DNA of 64,000 nt from assembly GCA_964016885.1 (NCBI GenBank), contig OZ024760.1:29822001-29886000 (forward strand). Direction: 5' to 3'. Below the pieces are notes generated by a model. The model was given only the letters and a program-made list of their open reading frames with translations. It made no database searches and was not told the origin of the DNA. Each line of letters begins with the position of its first letter. The stretch's first letter is position 1. The DNA is from Eledone cirrhosa. Lineage: Eukaryota. Shown here in pieces: positions 24,586 to 40,000 of the stretch. Both the position numbers and the translations under genes were made by a program.

Positions 24586-27500
24586 GTAATGTAATGTAAT
24601 GTAATGTAATGAAAATGTAATGTAATGTGTAATGTAATGTGTAATGTAATGTAATGTGTAATGTAATGTAATGTAATGTAATGTAATGTAATGTAATGTA
24701 ATGTAATGTAATGTGTAATGTAATGTAATGTAATGTAATGTAATGTAATGTAATGTAATGTTTAATGAAGTGTAATGTAATGTAATGTAATGTAATGTAA
24801 TGTAATGTTTAATGTAATGTAATGTAATGTAATGTAATTTTTAATGTAATGTAATGTAATGTAATGTAATTTAATGAGTAAAGTAATGTAATGTAATGTA
24901 ATGTAATTTAATGTAATGTAGTGTAATGTAATGTGTAATGTAATGTAATGTAATGTAATGTAATGTAATGTAATGTAATGTGTAATGTAATGTAATGTAA
25001 TGTAATGTGTAATGTGTAATGTAATGTAATGTAATGTGTAATGTAATGTAATGTAATGTGTAATGTAATGTAGTGTGTAATGTAATGTAATGTAATGTAA
25101 TGTCATGTAATGTGTAATGTAATGTAATATAATGTAGTGTGTAATGTAATGTAATGTAATGTAATGTGTAATGTAATGTAATGTAATGTAATGTAATGTG
25201 TAATGTAATGTAACGTAATGTAATGTAATGTGTAATGTAATGTAATGTAATGTAATGTAATGTAATGTGTAATGTAATGTAATGTGTAATGTGTAATGTA
25301 ATGTAATGTAATATAATGTAATGTAATGTAATGAAATGTAATGTGTAATGAAATGTAATGTAATGTAATGTAATGTAATGTGTAATGTAATGTAATGTAA
25401 TGTAGTGTGTAATGTAATGTAATGTAATGTAATGTAATGTGTAATGTAATGTAATGTAATGTAATATGTAATGTAATGTAATGTAATGTAATGTGTAATG
25501 TAATGTAATGTAATGTAATGTGTAATGTCATGTAATTTAATGTAATGTAACGTAATGTGTAATGTAATGTAATGTAATTTGTAATGTACTGTAATCTAAT
25601 GTAATGTAATGTAATGTAATGTAATGTGTAATGTAATGTAATGTAATGTAATGGAATGTGTAATGTAATGTGAAAGCTAATGTAATGTAATGTAATGTAA
25701 TGTAATGTAATGTAATGTAATGTAATGTGTAATGTAATGTAATGTAATGTAATGTAATGTAATGTGTAATGTAATGTAATGTAATGTAATGGAATGTGTA
25801 ATGTAATGTGAAAGCTAATGTAATGTAATGTAATGTAATGTAATGTAATGTAATGTAATGTAATGTGTAATGTAATGTAATGTAATGTAATGTAATGTGT
25901 AATGTAATGTAATGTAATGTAATGTAATATATGTAATGTAATGTAATGCAATGTAATGTAATGTGTAATGTAATGTAATGTAATGTGTAATGTAATGTAA
26001 CGTAATGTAATGTAATGTAATGTAATGTGTAATGTAATGTAATCTAATGTGTAATGTAAAGTAATGTAATGTAATGTAATGTAATGTAATGTAATGTGTA
26101 ATGTAATGTAATCTAATGTAGTGTGTAATGTAATGTAATGTTATGTAATGTGTAATGTAATGTAATGTAATGTGTAATGTAATGTAATGTAATGTAATGT
26201 AATGTAATGTGTAATGTAATGTAATGTAATGTAATGTAATGTAATTTAATGTGTAATGTAATGTAATGTGTAATATAATGTAATGTAATGTAATGTAATG
26301 TAATGTGTAATGTAATGTAATGTAATGTAATGTAACGTGTAATGTAATGTAATGTAATGTAATGTGTAATGTAATGTAATGTAATATGTAATGTAATGTA
26401 ATGTAATGTAATGTAATGTAATGTGTAATGTAATGTAATGTAATGTAATGTAATGTGTAATGTAATGTGAAAGCTAATGTAATGTAATGTAATGTGTAAT
26501 GTAATGTAATGTAATGTAATGTAATGTAATGTGTAATGTAATGTAATGTAATGTAATGTGTAATGTAATGTAATGTAATGTATTGTAATGTGTAATGTAA
26601 TGTAATGTGTAATGTAATGTAATGTAATGTAATGTAATGTGTAATGTAATGTAATGTAATGTGTAATGTAATGTAATGTAATGTAACGTGTAATGTAATG
26701 TAATGTAATGTGTAATGTAATGTAATGTAATGTAATGTAATGTGTAATGTAATGTAATGTAATGTAATATAATGTAATGTAATGTAATGTAATGTAATGT
26801 AATGTGTAATGTAATGTAATGTAATGTTATATAATGTAATGGAATGTAATGTAATGTAATATAATGTAATGTAATGTAAAGTGTAATGTAATGTAGTGTG
26901 TAATGTAATGTAATGTAATGTACTGTAATGTGTAATGTAATGTAATGTAATGTGTAATGTAATGTAATGTAATGTGTAATGTAATGTAATGTAATGTGTA
27001 ATGTAATGTAATGTAATGTAATATAATGTAATGTAATGTAATGTAACGTGTAATATAATGTAATGTAATGTAATGTGTAATGTGTAATGTAATGTAATGT
27101 AATGTGTAATGTAATGTAATGTGTAATGTAATGTAGTGTGTAATGTAATGTAATGTAATGTAATGTAATGTAATGTGTAATGTAATGTAATGTAATGTAG
27201 TGTGTAATGTAATGTGTAATGTAATGTAATGTAATGTGTAATGTAATGTAATGTGTAATGTAATGTAATGTAATGTAATGTAATGTGTAATGTAATGTAA
27301 TGTAATATAATGTAATGTAATGTAATGTAATGTGTAATGAAATGTAATGTAACGTAATGTAATGTAATGTAATGTGTAATGTAATGTAATGTAGTGTGTA
27401 ATGTAATGTAATGTGTAATGTGTAATGTAATGTAATGTAATGTAATGTAATTTAATGTAATGTAATGTGTAATGTAATGTAATGTAATGTGTAATGTAAT

Positions 27501-27601
27501 GTAATGTAATTTGTAATGTACTGTAATCTAATGTAATATAATGTAATGTAATGTAATGTGTAATGTAATGTAATGTGTAATGTAATGTAATGTAATGTAA
27601 T

Positions 27602-27789
27602 TGTTTCTAATTTAGGCACAATGGCAGCAATTACCCTGTGCATTACTGGTACTTTATTTTATCGACCCCGTAAGGATGAAAAGCAAAGTCAACCTCGGTG
27701 GGATTTGAACTCAGATCGTAAAGGGACGTAACTATGCTGGAAAGCATGGCGTCCGACCCTCTACCGATACTGCCAAACCACCGCCGTTT
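27602..27789 (-). mobile_element. tRNA-derived SINE-like element, copy 7
   Basis: Same 188-bp sequence and junctions; aaacc subtype with acaaTggc, shared with copy 8. Confidence 0.88.
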
Positions 27790-30700
27790 GTAATGTAATG
27801 TAATGTAATGTAATGTAATGTAATGTAATTTTTAATGTAACGTAATGTAATTTAATGTAATGTAATGTGTAATGTAATGTAATGTAATGAAAATGTAATG
27901 TAATGTGTAATGTAATGTGTAATGTAATGTAATGTGTAATGTAATGTAATGTAATGTAATGTAATGTAATGTAATGTAATGTAATGTTTAATGTAGTGTA
28001 ATGTAATGTAATGTAATGTAATGTAATGTTTAATGTAATGTAATGTAATGTAATGTATTTTTTAATGTAATGTAATGTAATGTAATGTAATGTAATGTAA
28101 TGTAAAGTAATGTGTAATGTAATGTAGTGTAATGTAATGTAATGTAATGTAATGTAATGTAATGTGTAATGTAATGTAATGTAATGTAATGTAATGTAAT
28201 GTAATGTAATGTAATGTGTAATGTAATGTAATGTAATGTATAATGTAATGTAATGTAATGTGTAATGTAATGTAATGTAATGTGTAATGTAATGTAATGC
28301 AATGTAATGTAATGTGTAATGTAATGTAATGTAATGTAATGTAATGTAATGTGTAATGTAATGTAATGTAATGTAGTGTGTAATGTAATGTAATGTAATG
28401 TAGTGTGTAATGTAATGTAATGTAATGTAATGTGTAACGTAATGTGTAATGTAATGTAATGTAACGTAATGTAATGTAATGTAATATAATGTGTAATGTA
28501 ATGTAATGTGTAATGTAATGTAATGTAATTTAATGTAATGTAATGTAATGTGTAATGTAATGTAACGTAATGTGTAATGTAATGTAATGTAATGTAATGT
28601 AATGTAATGTAATGTAATGTAATGTAATGTAATGTGTAATGTAATGTAATGTAATGTAATGTGTAATGTAGTGTAATGTAATGTAATGTAATGTAATGTA
28701 ATGTAATGTAATGTAATGTGTAATGTAATGTGTAATGTAACGTAATGTAATGTAATATATGTAATGTAATGTAATGCAACGTAATGTAATGTGTAATGTA
28801 ATGTAATGTAATGTGTAATGTAATGTAATATATGTAATGTAATGTAATGCAACGTAATGTAATGTGTAATGTAATGTAATGTAATGTGTAATGTAATGTA
28901 ATGTAATGTAATGTGTAATGTAATGTAATCTAATGTAGTGTGTAATGTAATGTAATGTTATGTAATGTGTAATGTAATGTAATGTAATGTGTAATATAAT
29001 GTAATGTAATGTAATATGTAATGTAATGTAATGTAATGTAATGTAATGTAATGTGTAATGTAATGTAATGTAATGTAATGTAATGTAATGTAATGTAATG
29101 TAATGTGTAATGTAATGTGTAACGTAATGTAATGTAATGTAATGTAATGTAATGTAATGTAATGTGTAATGTAATGTAATGTGTAATGTAATGTAATGTA
29201 ATGTAATGTAATGTGTAATGTAATGTAATTTAACGTGTAATGTAATGTAATGTAATGTAATGTGTAATGTAATGTAATGTAATGTAATGTGTAATGTAAT
29301 GTAATGTAATGTAATATAATGTAATGTAATGTAATGTGTAATGTAATGTAATGTAATGTAGTGTGTAATGTAATGTAATGTATTGTAATGTAATGTAATG
29401 TACTGTAATGTGTAATGTAATGTAATGTAATGTGTAATGTAATGTAATGTAATATAATGTAATGTAATGTGTAACGTAATGTAATGTAATGTAATGTGTA
29501 ATGTAATGTAATGTAATGTAGTGTGTAATGTAATGTAATGTAATATAATGTAATGTAACGTAATGTAATGTAATGTAATGTAATGTAATGTAATGTAATA
29601 TAATATAATGCGTAATGTAATATAATATAATGCGTAATGTAATGTAATGTAATGTGTAATGTAATGTAATGTAATGTAATGTAACGTAATTTAATGTAAT
29701 GTAATGTAAATTAATGTAATTTGTAATGTAATGTAATGTAATGTGTAAAGTAATGTAATGGAAAGTGTAACGTAATGTAATGTAATGTAATGTCATGTAA
29801 TGTGTAATGTAGTGTAATGTAATGTAATGTAATGTAATGTAATGTGTAATGTATTGTAATGTAACGTAATGTAATGTGTAATGTAATGTAATGTGTAATG
29901 TAATGTAATGTAATGTAATGTAATGTGTAATGTAATGTAATGTAATGTAATGTGTAACGTGTAATGTAATGTAATGTAATATAATGTAATGTAATGTAAT
30001 GTAACGTGTAATATAATGTAATGTAATGTAATGTAATGTAATGTAATGTAATGTAATGTAATGTAATGTAATGTGTAATGTGTAATGTAATGTAATGTAA
30101 TGTGTAATGTAATGTAATGTAATGTGTAATGTAATGTAGTGTGTAATGTAATATAATGTAATGTAATGTCATGTAATGTGTAATGTAATGTAATATAATG
30201 TAGTGTGTAATGTAATGTAATGTAATGTAATGTGTAATGTAATGTAATGTAATGTAATGTAATGTGTAATGTAATGTAACGTAATGTAATGTAATGTGTA
30301 ATGTAATGTAATGTAATGTAATGTAATGTAATGTAATGTAATGTGTAATGTAATGTAATGTGTTATGTGTAATGTAATGTAATGTAATATAATGTAACGT
30401 AATGTAATGAAATGTAATGTGTAATGAAATGTAATGTAATGTAATGTAATGTAATGTGTAATGTAATGTAATGTAATGTAATGTAATGTAGTGTGTAATG
30501 TAATGTAATGTAATGTAATGTAATGTGTAATGTAATGTAATGTAATGTAATGTGTAATGTAATGTAATGTAATGTAATGTGTAATGTAATGTAATGTAAT
30601 GTAATGTGTAATGTCATGTAATTTAATGTAATGTAATGTAATGTGTAATGTAATGTAATGTAATTTGTAATGTACTGTAATCTAATGTAATGTAATGTAA

Positions 30701-33498
30701 TGTAATGTACTGTGTAATGTAATGTAATGTAATGGAATGTGTAATGTAATGTGAAAGCTAATGTAATGTAATGTAATGTAATGTAATGTAATGTAATGTA
30801 ATGTAATGTGTAATGTAATGTAATGTAATGTAATGTAATGTGTAATGTAATGTAATGTAATGTAATGTAATGTGTAATGTAATGTAATGTGTAATGTAAT
30901 GTAATGTAATGTAATGTAATGTGTAATGTAATGTAATGTAATGTGTAATGTAATGTAATGTAATGTAACGTGTAATGTAATGTAATGTAATGTGTAATGT
31001 AATGTAATGTAATGTAATGTAATGTGTAATGTAATGTAATGTAATGTAATATAATGTAATGTAATGTAATGTAATGTAATGTAATGTAATGTGTAATGTA
31101 ATGTAATGTAATGTAACGTAATTTAATGTAATGTAATGTAATGTAATGTAATTTGTAATGTAATGTAATGTAATGTAATGTGTAAAGTAATGTAATGGAA
31201 AGTGTAATGTAATGTAATGTAATGTAATGTCATGTAATGTGTAATGTAGTGTAATGTAATGTAATGTAATGTAATGTAATGTGTAATGTAATGTAACGTA
31301 ATGTAATGTGTAATGTAATGTAATGTGTAATGTAATGTAATGTAATGTGTAATGTAATCTAATGTAATGTAATGTGTAATGTAATGTAATGTGTAATGTA
31401 ATGTAATGTAATATAATGTAATGTAATGTAATGTAACGTGTAATATAATGTAATGTAATGTAATGTAATGTAATGTAATGTAATGTGATGTGTAATGTGT
31501 AATGTAATGTAATGTAATGTGTAATGTAATGTAATGTAATGTGTAATGTAATGTAGTGTGTAATGTAATGTAATGTAATGTAATGTAATGTAATGTAATG
31601 TGTAATGTAATGTAATGTAATGTAGTGTGTAATGTAATGTAATGTAATGTGTAATGTAATGTAATGTAATGTAATGTAATGTGTAATGTAATGTAATGTG
31701 TAATGTAATGTAATGTAATGTAATGTGTAATGTAATGTAATGTAATGTAATGTAATATATGTAATGTAATGTAATGCAATGTAATGTAATGTGTAATGTA
31801 ATGTAATGTAATGTGTAATGTAATGTAACGTAATGTAATGTAATGTAATGTGTAATGTAATGTAATCTAATTTGTAATGTAAAGTAATGTAATGTAATGT
31901 AATGTAATGTAATGTAATGTAATGTGTAATGTAATGTAATCTAATGTAGTGTGTAATGTAATGTAATGTTATGTAATGTGTAATGTAATGTAATGTAATG
32001 TGTAATGTAATGTAATGTAATGTAATGTAATGTAATGTGTAATGTAATGTAATGTAATGTAATGTAATGTAATTTAATGTGTAATGTAATGTAATGTGTA
32101 ATATAATGTAATGTAATGTAATGTAATGTAATGTGTAATGTAATGTAATGTAATGTAATGTAACGTGTAATGTAATGTAATGTAATGTAATGTGTAATGT
32201 AATGTAATGTAATATGTAATGTAATGTAATGTAATGTAATGTAATGTAATGTAATGTGTAATGTAATGTAATGTAATGTAATGTAATGTGTAATGTAATG
32301 TGAAAGCTAATGTAATGTAATGTAATGTGTAATGTAATGTAATGTAATGTAATGTAATGTAATGTAATGTGTAATGTAATGTAATGTAATGTAATGTGTA
32401 ATGTAATGTAATGTAATGTAATGTAATGTGTAATGTAATGTAATGTGTAATGTAATGTAATGTAATGTAATGTAATGTGTAATGTAATGTAATGTAATGT
32501 GTAATGTAATGTAATGTAACGTGTAATGTAATGTAATGTAATGTGTAATGTAATGTAATGTAATGTAATGTAATGTGTAATGTAATGTAATGTAATGTAA
32601 TATAATGTAATGTAATGTAATGTAATGTAATGTAATGTAATGTAATGTAATGTGTAATGTAATGTAATGTAATGTTATATAATGTAATGTAATGTAATGT
32701 AATGTAATATAATGTAATGTAATGTAATGTGTAATGTAATGTAGTGTGTAATGTAATGTAATGTACTGTAATGTGTAATGTAATGTAATGTAATGTGTAA
32801 TGTAATGTAATGTAATGTGTAATGTAATGTAATGTAATGTGTAATGTAATGTAATGTAATGTAATATAATGTAATGTAATGTAATGTAACGTGTAATATA
32901 ATGTAATGTAATGTAATGTAATGTAATGTAATGTGTAATGTGTAATGTAATGTAATGTAATGTGTAATGTAATGTAATGTGTAATGTAATGTAGTGTGTA
33001 ATGTAATGTAATGTAATGTAATGTAATGTGTAATGTAATGTAATGTAATGTAGTGTGTAATGTAATGTGTAATGTAATGTAATGTAATGTGTAATGTAAT
33101 GTAATGTGTAATGTAATGTAATGTAATGTAATGTGTAATGTAATGTAATGTGTAATGTAATGTAATGTAATATAATGTAATGTAATGTAATGTAATGTAA
33201 TGTGTAATGAAATGTAATGTAACGTAATGTAATGTAATGTAATGTGTAATGTAATGTAATGTAGTGTGTAATGTAATGTAATGTGTAATGTGTAATGTAA
33301 TGTAATGTAATGTAATGTAATGTAATTTAATGTAATGTAATGTGTAATGTAATGTAATGTAATGTGTAATGTAATGTAATGTAATTTGTAATGTACTGTA
33401 ATCTAATGTAATATAATGTAATGTAATGTAATGTGTAATGTAATGTGTAATGTAATGTAATGTAATGTAATGTGTAATGTAATGTAATGTAATGTAAT

Positions 33499-33686
33499 TG
33501 TTTCTAATTTAGGCACAATGGCAGCAATTACCCTGTGCATTACTGGTACTTTATTTTATCGACCCCGTAAGGATGAAAAGCAAAGTCAACCTCGGTGGGA
33601 TTTGAACTCAGATCGTAAAGGGACGTAACTATGCTGGAAAGCATGGCGTCCGACCCTCTACCGATACTGCCAAACCACCGCCGTTT
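33499..33686 (-). mobile_element. tRNA-derived SINE-like element, copy 8
   Basis: Appears identical to copy 7 by eye and lies 5897 bp downstream with matching flanking variants. Confidence 0.88.
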
Positions 33687-34099
33687 GTAATGTAATGTAA
33701 TGTAATGTAATGTAATGTAATGTAATTTTTAATGTAACGTAATGTAATTTAATGTAATGTAATGTGTAATGTAATGTAATGTAATGAAAATGTAATGTAA
33801 TGTGTAATGTAATGTGTCATGTAATGTAATGTGTAATGTAATGTAATGTAATGTAATGTAATGTAATGTAATGTTTAATGTAGTGTAATGTAATGTAATG
33901 TAATGTAATGTATTTTTTAATGTAATGTAATGTAATGTAATGTAATGTAATGTAAAGTAATGTGTAATGTAATGTAGTGTAATGTAATGTAATGTAATGT
34001 AATGTAATGTAATGTAATGTGTAATGTAATGTAATGTAATGTAATGTAATGTAATGTAATATAATGTAATGTGTAATGTAATGTAATGTAATGTAATGT

Positions 34100-37000
34100 A
34101 ATGTATAATGTAATGTAATGTAATGTGTAATGTAATGTAATGTAATGTAATGTGTAATGTAATGTAATGCAATGTAATGTAATGTGTAATGTAATGTAAT
34201 GTAATGTAATGTAATGTGTAATGTAATGTAATGTAATGTAGTGTGTAATGTAATGTAATGTAATGTAGTGTGTAATGTAATGTAATGTAATGTAATGTGT
34301 AACGTAATGTGTAATGTAATGTAATGTAATGTAATGTAATGTAATGTAATATAATGTGTAATGTAATGTAATGTGTAATGTAATGTAATGTAATTTAATG
34401 TAATGTAATGTAATGTGTAATGTAATGTAACGTAATGTGTAATGTAATGTAATGTAATGTAATGTAATGTAATGTAATGTAATGTAATGTAATGTAATGT
34501 AATGTGTAATGTAATGTAATGTAATGTAATGTGTAATGTAGTGTAATGTAATGTAATGTAATGTAATGTAATGTAATGTAATGTAATGTGTAATGTAATG
34601 TGTAATGTAACGTAATGTAATGTAATATATGTAATGTAATGTAATGCAGCGTAATGTAATGTGTAATGTAATGTAATGTAATGTGTAATGTAATGTAATG
34701 TAATGTAATGTAATGTAATCTGTAATGTAATGTAATCTAATGTGTAATGTAAAGTAATGTAATGTAATGTAATGTAATGTGTAATGTAATGTAATCTAAT
34801 GTAGTGTGTAATGTAATGTAATGTTATGTAATGTGTAATGTAATGTAATGTAATGTGTAATATAATGTAATGTAATGTAATATGTAATGTAATGTAATGT
34901 AATGTAATGTAATGTGTAATGTAATGTAATGTAATGTAATGTAATGTAATGTAATGTAATGTAATGTGTAATGTAATGTGTAACGTAATGTAATGTAATG
35001 TAATGTAATGTAATGTAATGTAATGTAATGTAATGTAATGTAATGTGTAATGTAATGTAATGTGTAATGTAATGTAATGTAATGTAATGTAATGTGTAAT
35101 GTAATGTAATTTAACGTGTAATGTAATGTAATGTAATGTAATGTGTAATGTAATGTAATGTAATGTAATGTGTAATGTAATGTAATGTAATGTAATATAA
35201 TGTAATGTAATGTAATGTGTAATGTAATGTAATGTAATGTAGTGTGTAATGTAATGTAATGTATTGTAATGTAATGTAATGTACTGTAATGTGTAATGTA
35301 ATGTAATGTAATGTGTAATGTAATGTAATGTAATATAATGTAATGTAATGTGTAACGTAATGTAATGTAATGTAATGTGTAATGTAATGTAATGTAATGT
35401 AGTGTCTAATGTAATGTAATGTAATATAATGTAATGTAACGTAATGTAATGTAATGTAATGTAATGTAATGTAATGTAATATAATATAATGCGTAATGTA
35501 ATATAATATAATGCGTAATGTAATGTAATGTAATGTGTAATGTAATGTAATGTAATGTAACGTAATTTAATGTAATGTAATGTAAATTAATGTAATTTGT
35601 AATGTAATGTAATGTAATGTGTAAAGTAATGTAATGGAAAGTGTAACGTAATGTAATGTAATGTCATGTAATGTGTAATGTAGTGTAATGTAATGTAATG
35701 TAATGTAATGTAATGTGTAATGTATTGTAATGTAACGTAATGTAATGTGTAATGTAATGTAATGTGTAATGTAATGTAATGTAATGTGTAATGTAATGTA
35801 ATGTAATGTAATGTGTAATGTGTAATGTAATGTAATGTAATATAATGTAATGTAATGTAATGTAACGTGTAATATAATGTAATGTAATGTAATGTAATGT
35901 AATGTAATGTAATGTAATGTAATGTAATGTGTAATGTGTAATGTAATGTAATGTAATGTGTAATGTAATGTAATGTAATGTGTAATGTAATGTAGTGTGT
36001 AATGTAATGTAATGTAATGTAATGTCATGTAATGTGTAATGTAATGTAATGTAATGTAGTGTGTTATGTAATGTAATGTAATGTAATGTGTAATGTAATG
36101 TAATGTAATGTGTAATGTAATGTAACGTAATGTAATGTAATGTGTAATGTAATGTAATGTAATGTAATGTAATGTAATGTAATGTGTAATGTAATGTAAT
36201 GTGTAATGTGTAATGTAATGTAATGTAATATAATGTAATGTAATGTAATGAAATGTAATGTGTAATGAAATGTAATGTAATGTAATGTAATGTAATGTAA
36301 TGTGTAATGTAATGTAATGTAATGTAATGTGTAATGTAATGTAATGTAATGTAATGTGTAATGTAATGTAATGTAATGTAATGTGTAATGTAATGTAATG
36401 TAATGTAATGTGTAATGTCATGTAATTTAATGTAATGTAATGTAATGTGTAATGTAATGTAATGTAATGTGTAACGTAATGTAATGTAATATGTAATGTA
36501 CTGTAATCTAATGTAATGTAATGTAATGTAATGTAATGTGTAATGTAATGTAATGTAATGGAATGGAATGTGTAATGTAATGTAATGTAATGTAATGTGT
36601 AATGTAATGTAATGTAATGTAATGTAATGTAATGTAATGTAATGTGTAATGTAATGTAATGTAATGTAATGTAATGTAATGTGTAATGTAATTTAATGTA
36701 ATGTAATGTAATGTAATGTAATGTAATGTAATGTAATGTGTAATGTAATGTAATGTAATGTAATGTGTAATGTAATGTAATGTAATGTAATGTAATGTAA
36801 TGTGTAATGTAACGTAATATAATGTAATGTAATGTAATGTAATGTAATGTAATGTAATGTGTAATGTAATTTAATGTAATGTAATGTAATGTAATGTAAT
36901 GTAATGTAATGTGTAATGTAATGTGTAATGTAATGTAATGTAATGTAATATATGTAATGTAATGTAATGCAACGTAATGTAATGTGTAATGTAATGTAAT

Positions 37001-40000
37001 GTAATGTGTAATGTAATGTAATGTAATCTAATGTGTAATGTAAAGTAATGTAATGTAATGTAATGTAATGTAATGTGTAATGTAATGTAATCTAATGTAG
37101 TGTGTAATGTAATGTAATGTTATGTAATGTGTAATGTAATGTAAGGTAATGTTTAATGTAATGTAATGTAATGTAATGTGTAATGTAATGTAATGTAATC
37201 TAATGTAATGTGTAATGTAATGTAATGTAATGTAATTTAATGTGTAATGTAATGTAATGTGTAATATAATGTAATGTAATGTAACGTAATATAATGTGTA
37301 ATGTAACGTAATGTAATGTAATGTAATGTAATGTAACGTGTAATGTAATGTAAGATAATGTGTAATGTAATGTAATGTAATATGTAATGTAATGTAATGT
37401 AATGTAATGTAATGTAATGTGTAATGTAATGTAATGTAATGTAATGTAATGTAATGTAATGTAATGTGTAATGTAATGTGTAACGTAATGTAATGTAATG
37501 TAATGTAATGTAATGTAATGTAATGTGTAATGTAATGTAATGTAATGTAATGTAATGTAATGTAATGTAATGTGTAATGTAATGTAATGTGTAATGTAAT
37601 GTAATGTAATGTAATGTAATGTAATGTGTAATGTAATGTAATGTAACGTGTAATGTAATGTAATGTAATGTAATGTGTAATGTAATGTAATGTAATCTAA
37701 TGTAATGTAATGTGTAATGTAATGTAATGTAATGTAATATAATGTAATGTAATGTGTAATGTAATGTAATGTAATGTAGTGTGTAATGTAATGTAATGTA
37801 ATGTAATGTAATCTACTGTAATGTGTAATGTAATGTAATGTAATGTGTAATGTAATGTAATGTAATATAATGTAATGTAATGTGTAATGTAATGTAATGT
37901 AATGTAATGTGTAATGTAATGTAATGTAATGTGTAATGTAATGTAATGTAATATAATGTAATGTAACGTAATGTAATGTAATGTAATGTAATGTAATGTA
38001 ATGTGTAATGTAATGTAATGCAATGTAATGTAATGTGTAATGTAATGTAATGTAATGTAATGTAATGTAATGTAATGTGTAATGTAATGTAATGTAATGT
38101 AGTGTGTAATGTAATGTAATGTAATGTAGTGTGTAATGTAATGTAATGTAATGTAATGTGTAACGTAATGTGTAATGTAATGTAATGTAATGTAATGTAA
38201 TGTAATGTAATATAATGTGTAATGTAATGTAATGTGTAATGTAATGTAATGTAATTTAATGTAATGTAATGTAATGTGTAATGTAATGTAACGTAATGTG
38301 TAATGTAATGTAATGTAATGTAATGTAATGTAATGTAATGTAATGTAATGTAATGTAATGTGTAATGTAATGTAATGTAATGTAATGTGTAATGTAGTGT
38401 AATGTAATGTAATGTAATGTAATGTAATGTAATGTAATGTAATGTGTAATGTAATGTGTAATGTAACGTAATGTAATGTAATATATGTAATGTAATGTAA
38501 TGCAACGTAATGTAATGTGTAATGTAATGTAATGTAATGTGTAATGTAATGTAATGTAATGTAATGTAATGTAATCTGTAATGTAATGTAATCTAATGTG
38601 TAATGTAAAGTAATGTAATGTAATGTAATGTAATGTGTAATGTAATGTAATCTAATGTAGTGTGTAATGTAATGTAATGTTATGTAATGTGTAATGTAAT
38701 GTAATGTAATGTGTAATATAATGTAATGTAATGTAATATGTAATGTAATGTAATGTAATGTAATGTAATGTAATGTGTAATGTAATGTAATGTAATGTAA
38801 TGTAATGTAATGTAATGTAATGTAATGTGTAATGTAATGTGTAACGTAATGTAATGTAATGTAATGTAATGTAATGTAATGTAATGTAATGTAATGTAAT
38901 GTAATGTGTAATGTAATGTAATGTGTAATGTAATGTAATGTAATGTAATGTAATGTGTAATGTAATGTAATTTAACGTGTAATGTAATGTAATGTAATGT
39001 AATGTGTAATGTAATGTAATGTAATGTAATGTGTAATGTAATGTAATGTAATGTAATATAATGTAATGTAATGTAATGTGTAATGTAATGTAATGTAATG
39101 TAGTGTGTAATGTAATGTAATGTATTGTAATGTAATGTAATGTACTGTAATGTGTAATGTAATGTAATGTAATGTGTAATGTAATGTAATGTAATATAAT
39201 GTAATGTAATGTGTAACGTAATGTAATGTAATGTAATGTGTAATGTAATGTAATGTAATGTAGTGTCTAATGTAATGTAATGTAATATAATGTAATGTAA
39301 CGTAATGTAATGTAATGTAATGTAATGTAATGTAATGTAATATAATATAATGCGTAATGTAATATAATATAATGCGTAATGTAATGTAATGTAATGTGTA
39401 ATGTAATGTAATGTAATGTAACGTAATTTAATGTAATGTAATGTAAATTAATGTAATTTGTAATGTAATGTAATGTAATGTGTAAAGTAATGTAATGGAA
39501 AGTGTAACGTAATGTAATGTAATGTCATGTAATGTGTAATGTAGTGTAGTGTAATGTAATGTAATGTAATGTAATGTAATGTATTGTAATGTAACGTAAT
39601 GTAATGTGTAATGTAATGTAATGTGTAATGTAATGTAATGTAATGTGTAATGTAATGTAATGTAATGTAATGTGTAATGTGTAATGTAATGTAATGTAAT
39701 ATAATGTAATGTAATGTAATGTAACGTGTAATATAATGTAATGTAATGTAATGTAATGTAATGTAATGTAATGTAATGTAATGTAATGTAATGTGTAATG
39801 TGTAATGTAATGTAATGTAATGTGTAATGTAATGTAATGTAATGTGTAATGTAATATAGTGTGTAATGTAATGTAATGTAATGTAATGTCATGTAATGTG
39901 TAATGTAATGTAATGTAATGTAGTGTGTTATGTAATGTAATGTAATGTAATGTGTAATGTAATGTAATGTAATGTGTAATGTAATGTAACGTAATGTACT

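Larger units (their letters stand above)
25900..36500. repeat. ~5.9-kb segmental duplication carrying SINE copies 7 and 8; boundaries approximate
   Basis: Paired markers: GAAAGCT ~26469/~32302, GTTATATAAT ~26826/~32674, SINE 27602/33499, GGAAAGTG 29760/35636. Confidence 0.75.

Noticed and set aside
14894-27643. Repeated ORFs beginning MHRVIAALVPKLET, resembling a gene family with a leader peptide
   Set aside because: The ATG lies in the SINE 3' region and the frame simply runs into the satellite. Lengths are arbitrary (63-377 aa) and there is no evidence of a Pol II gene.
7854-33686. CRISPR-like or cassette array (conserved repeats with variable spacers)
   Set aside because: Repeats are 188 bp, spacers are kb-long satellite that are homologous to each other, there are no cas or integrase genes, and the context is eukaryotic.
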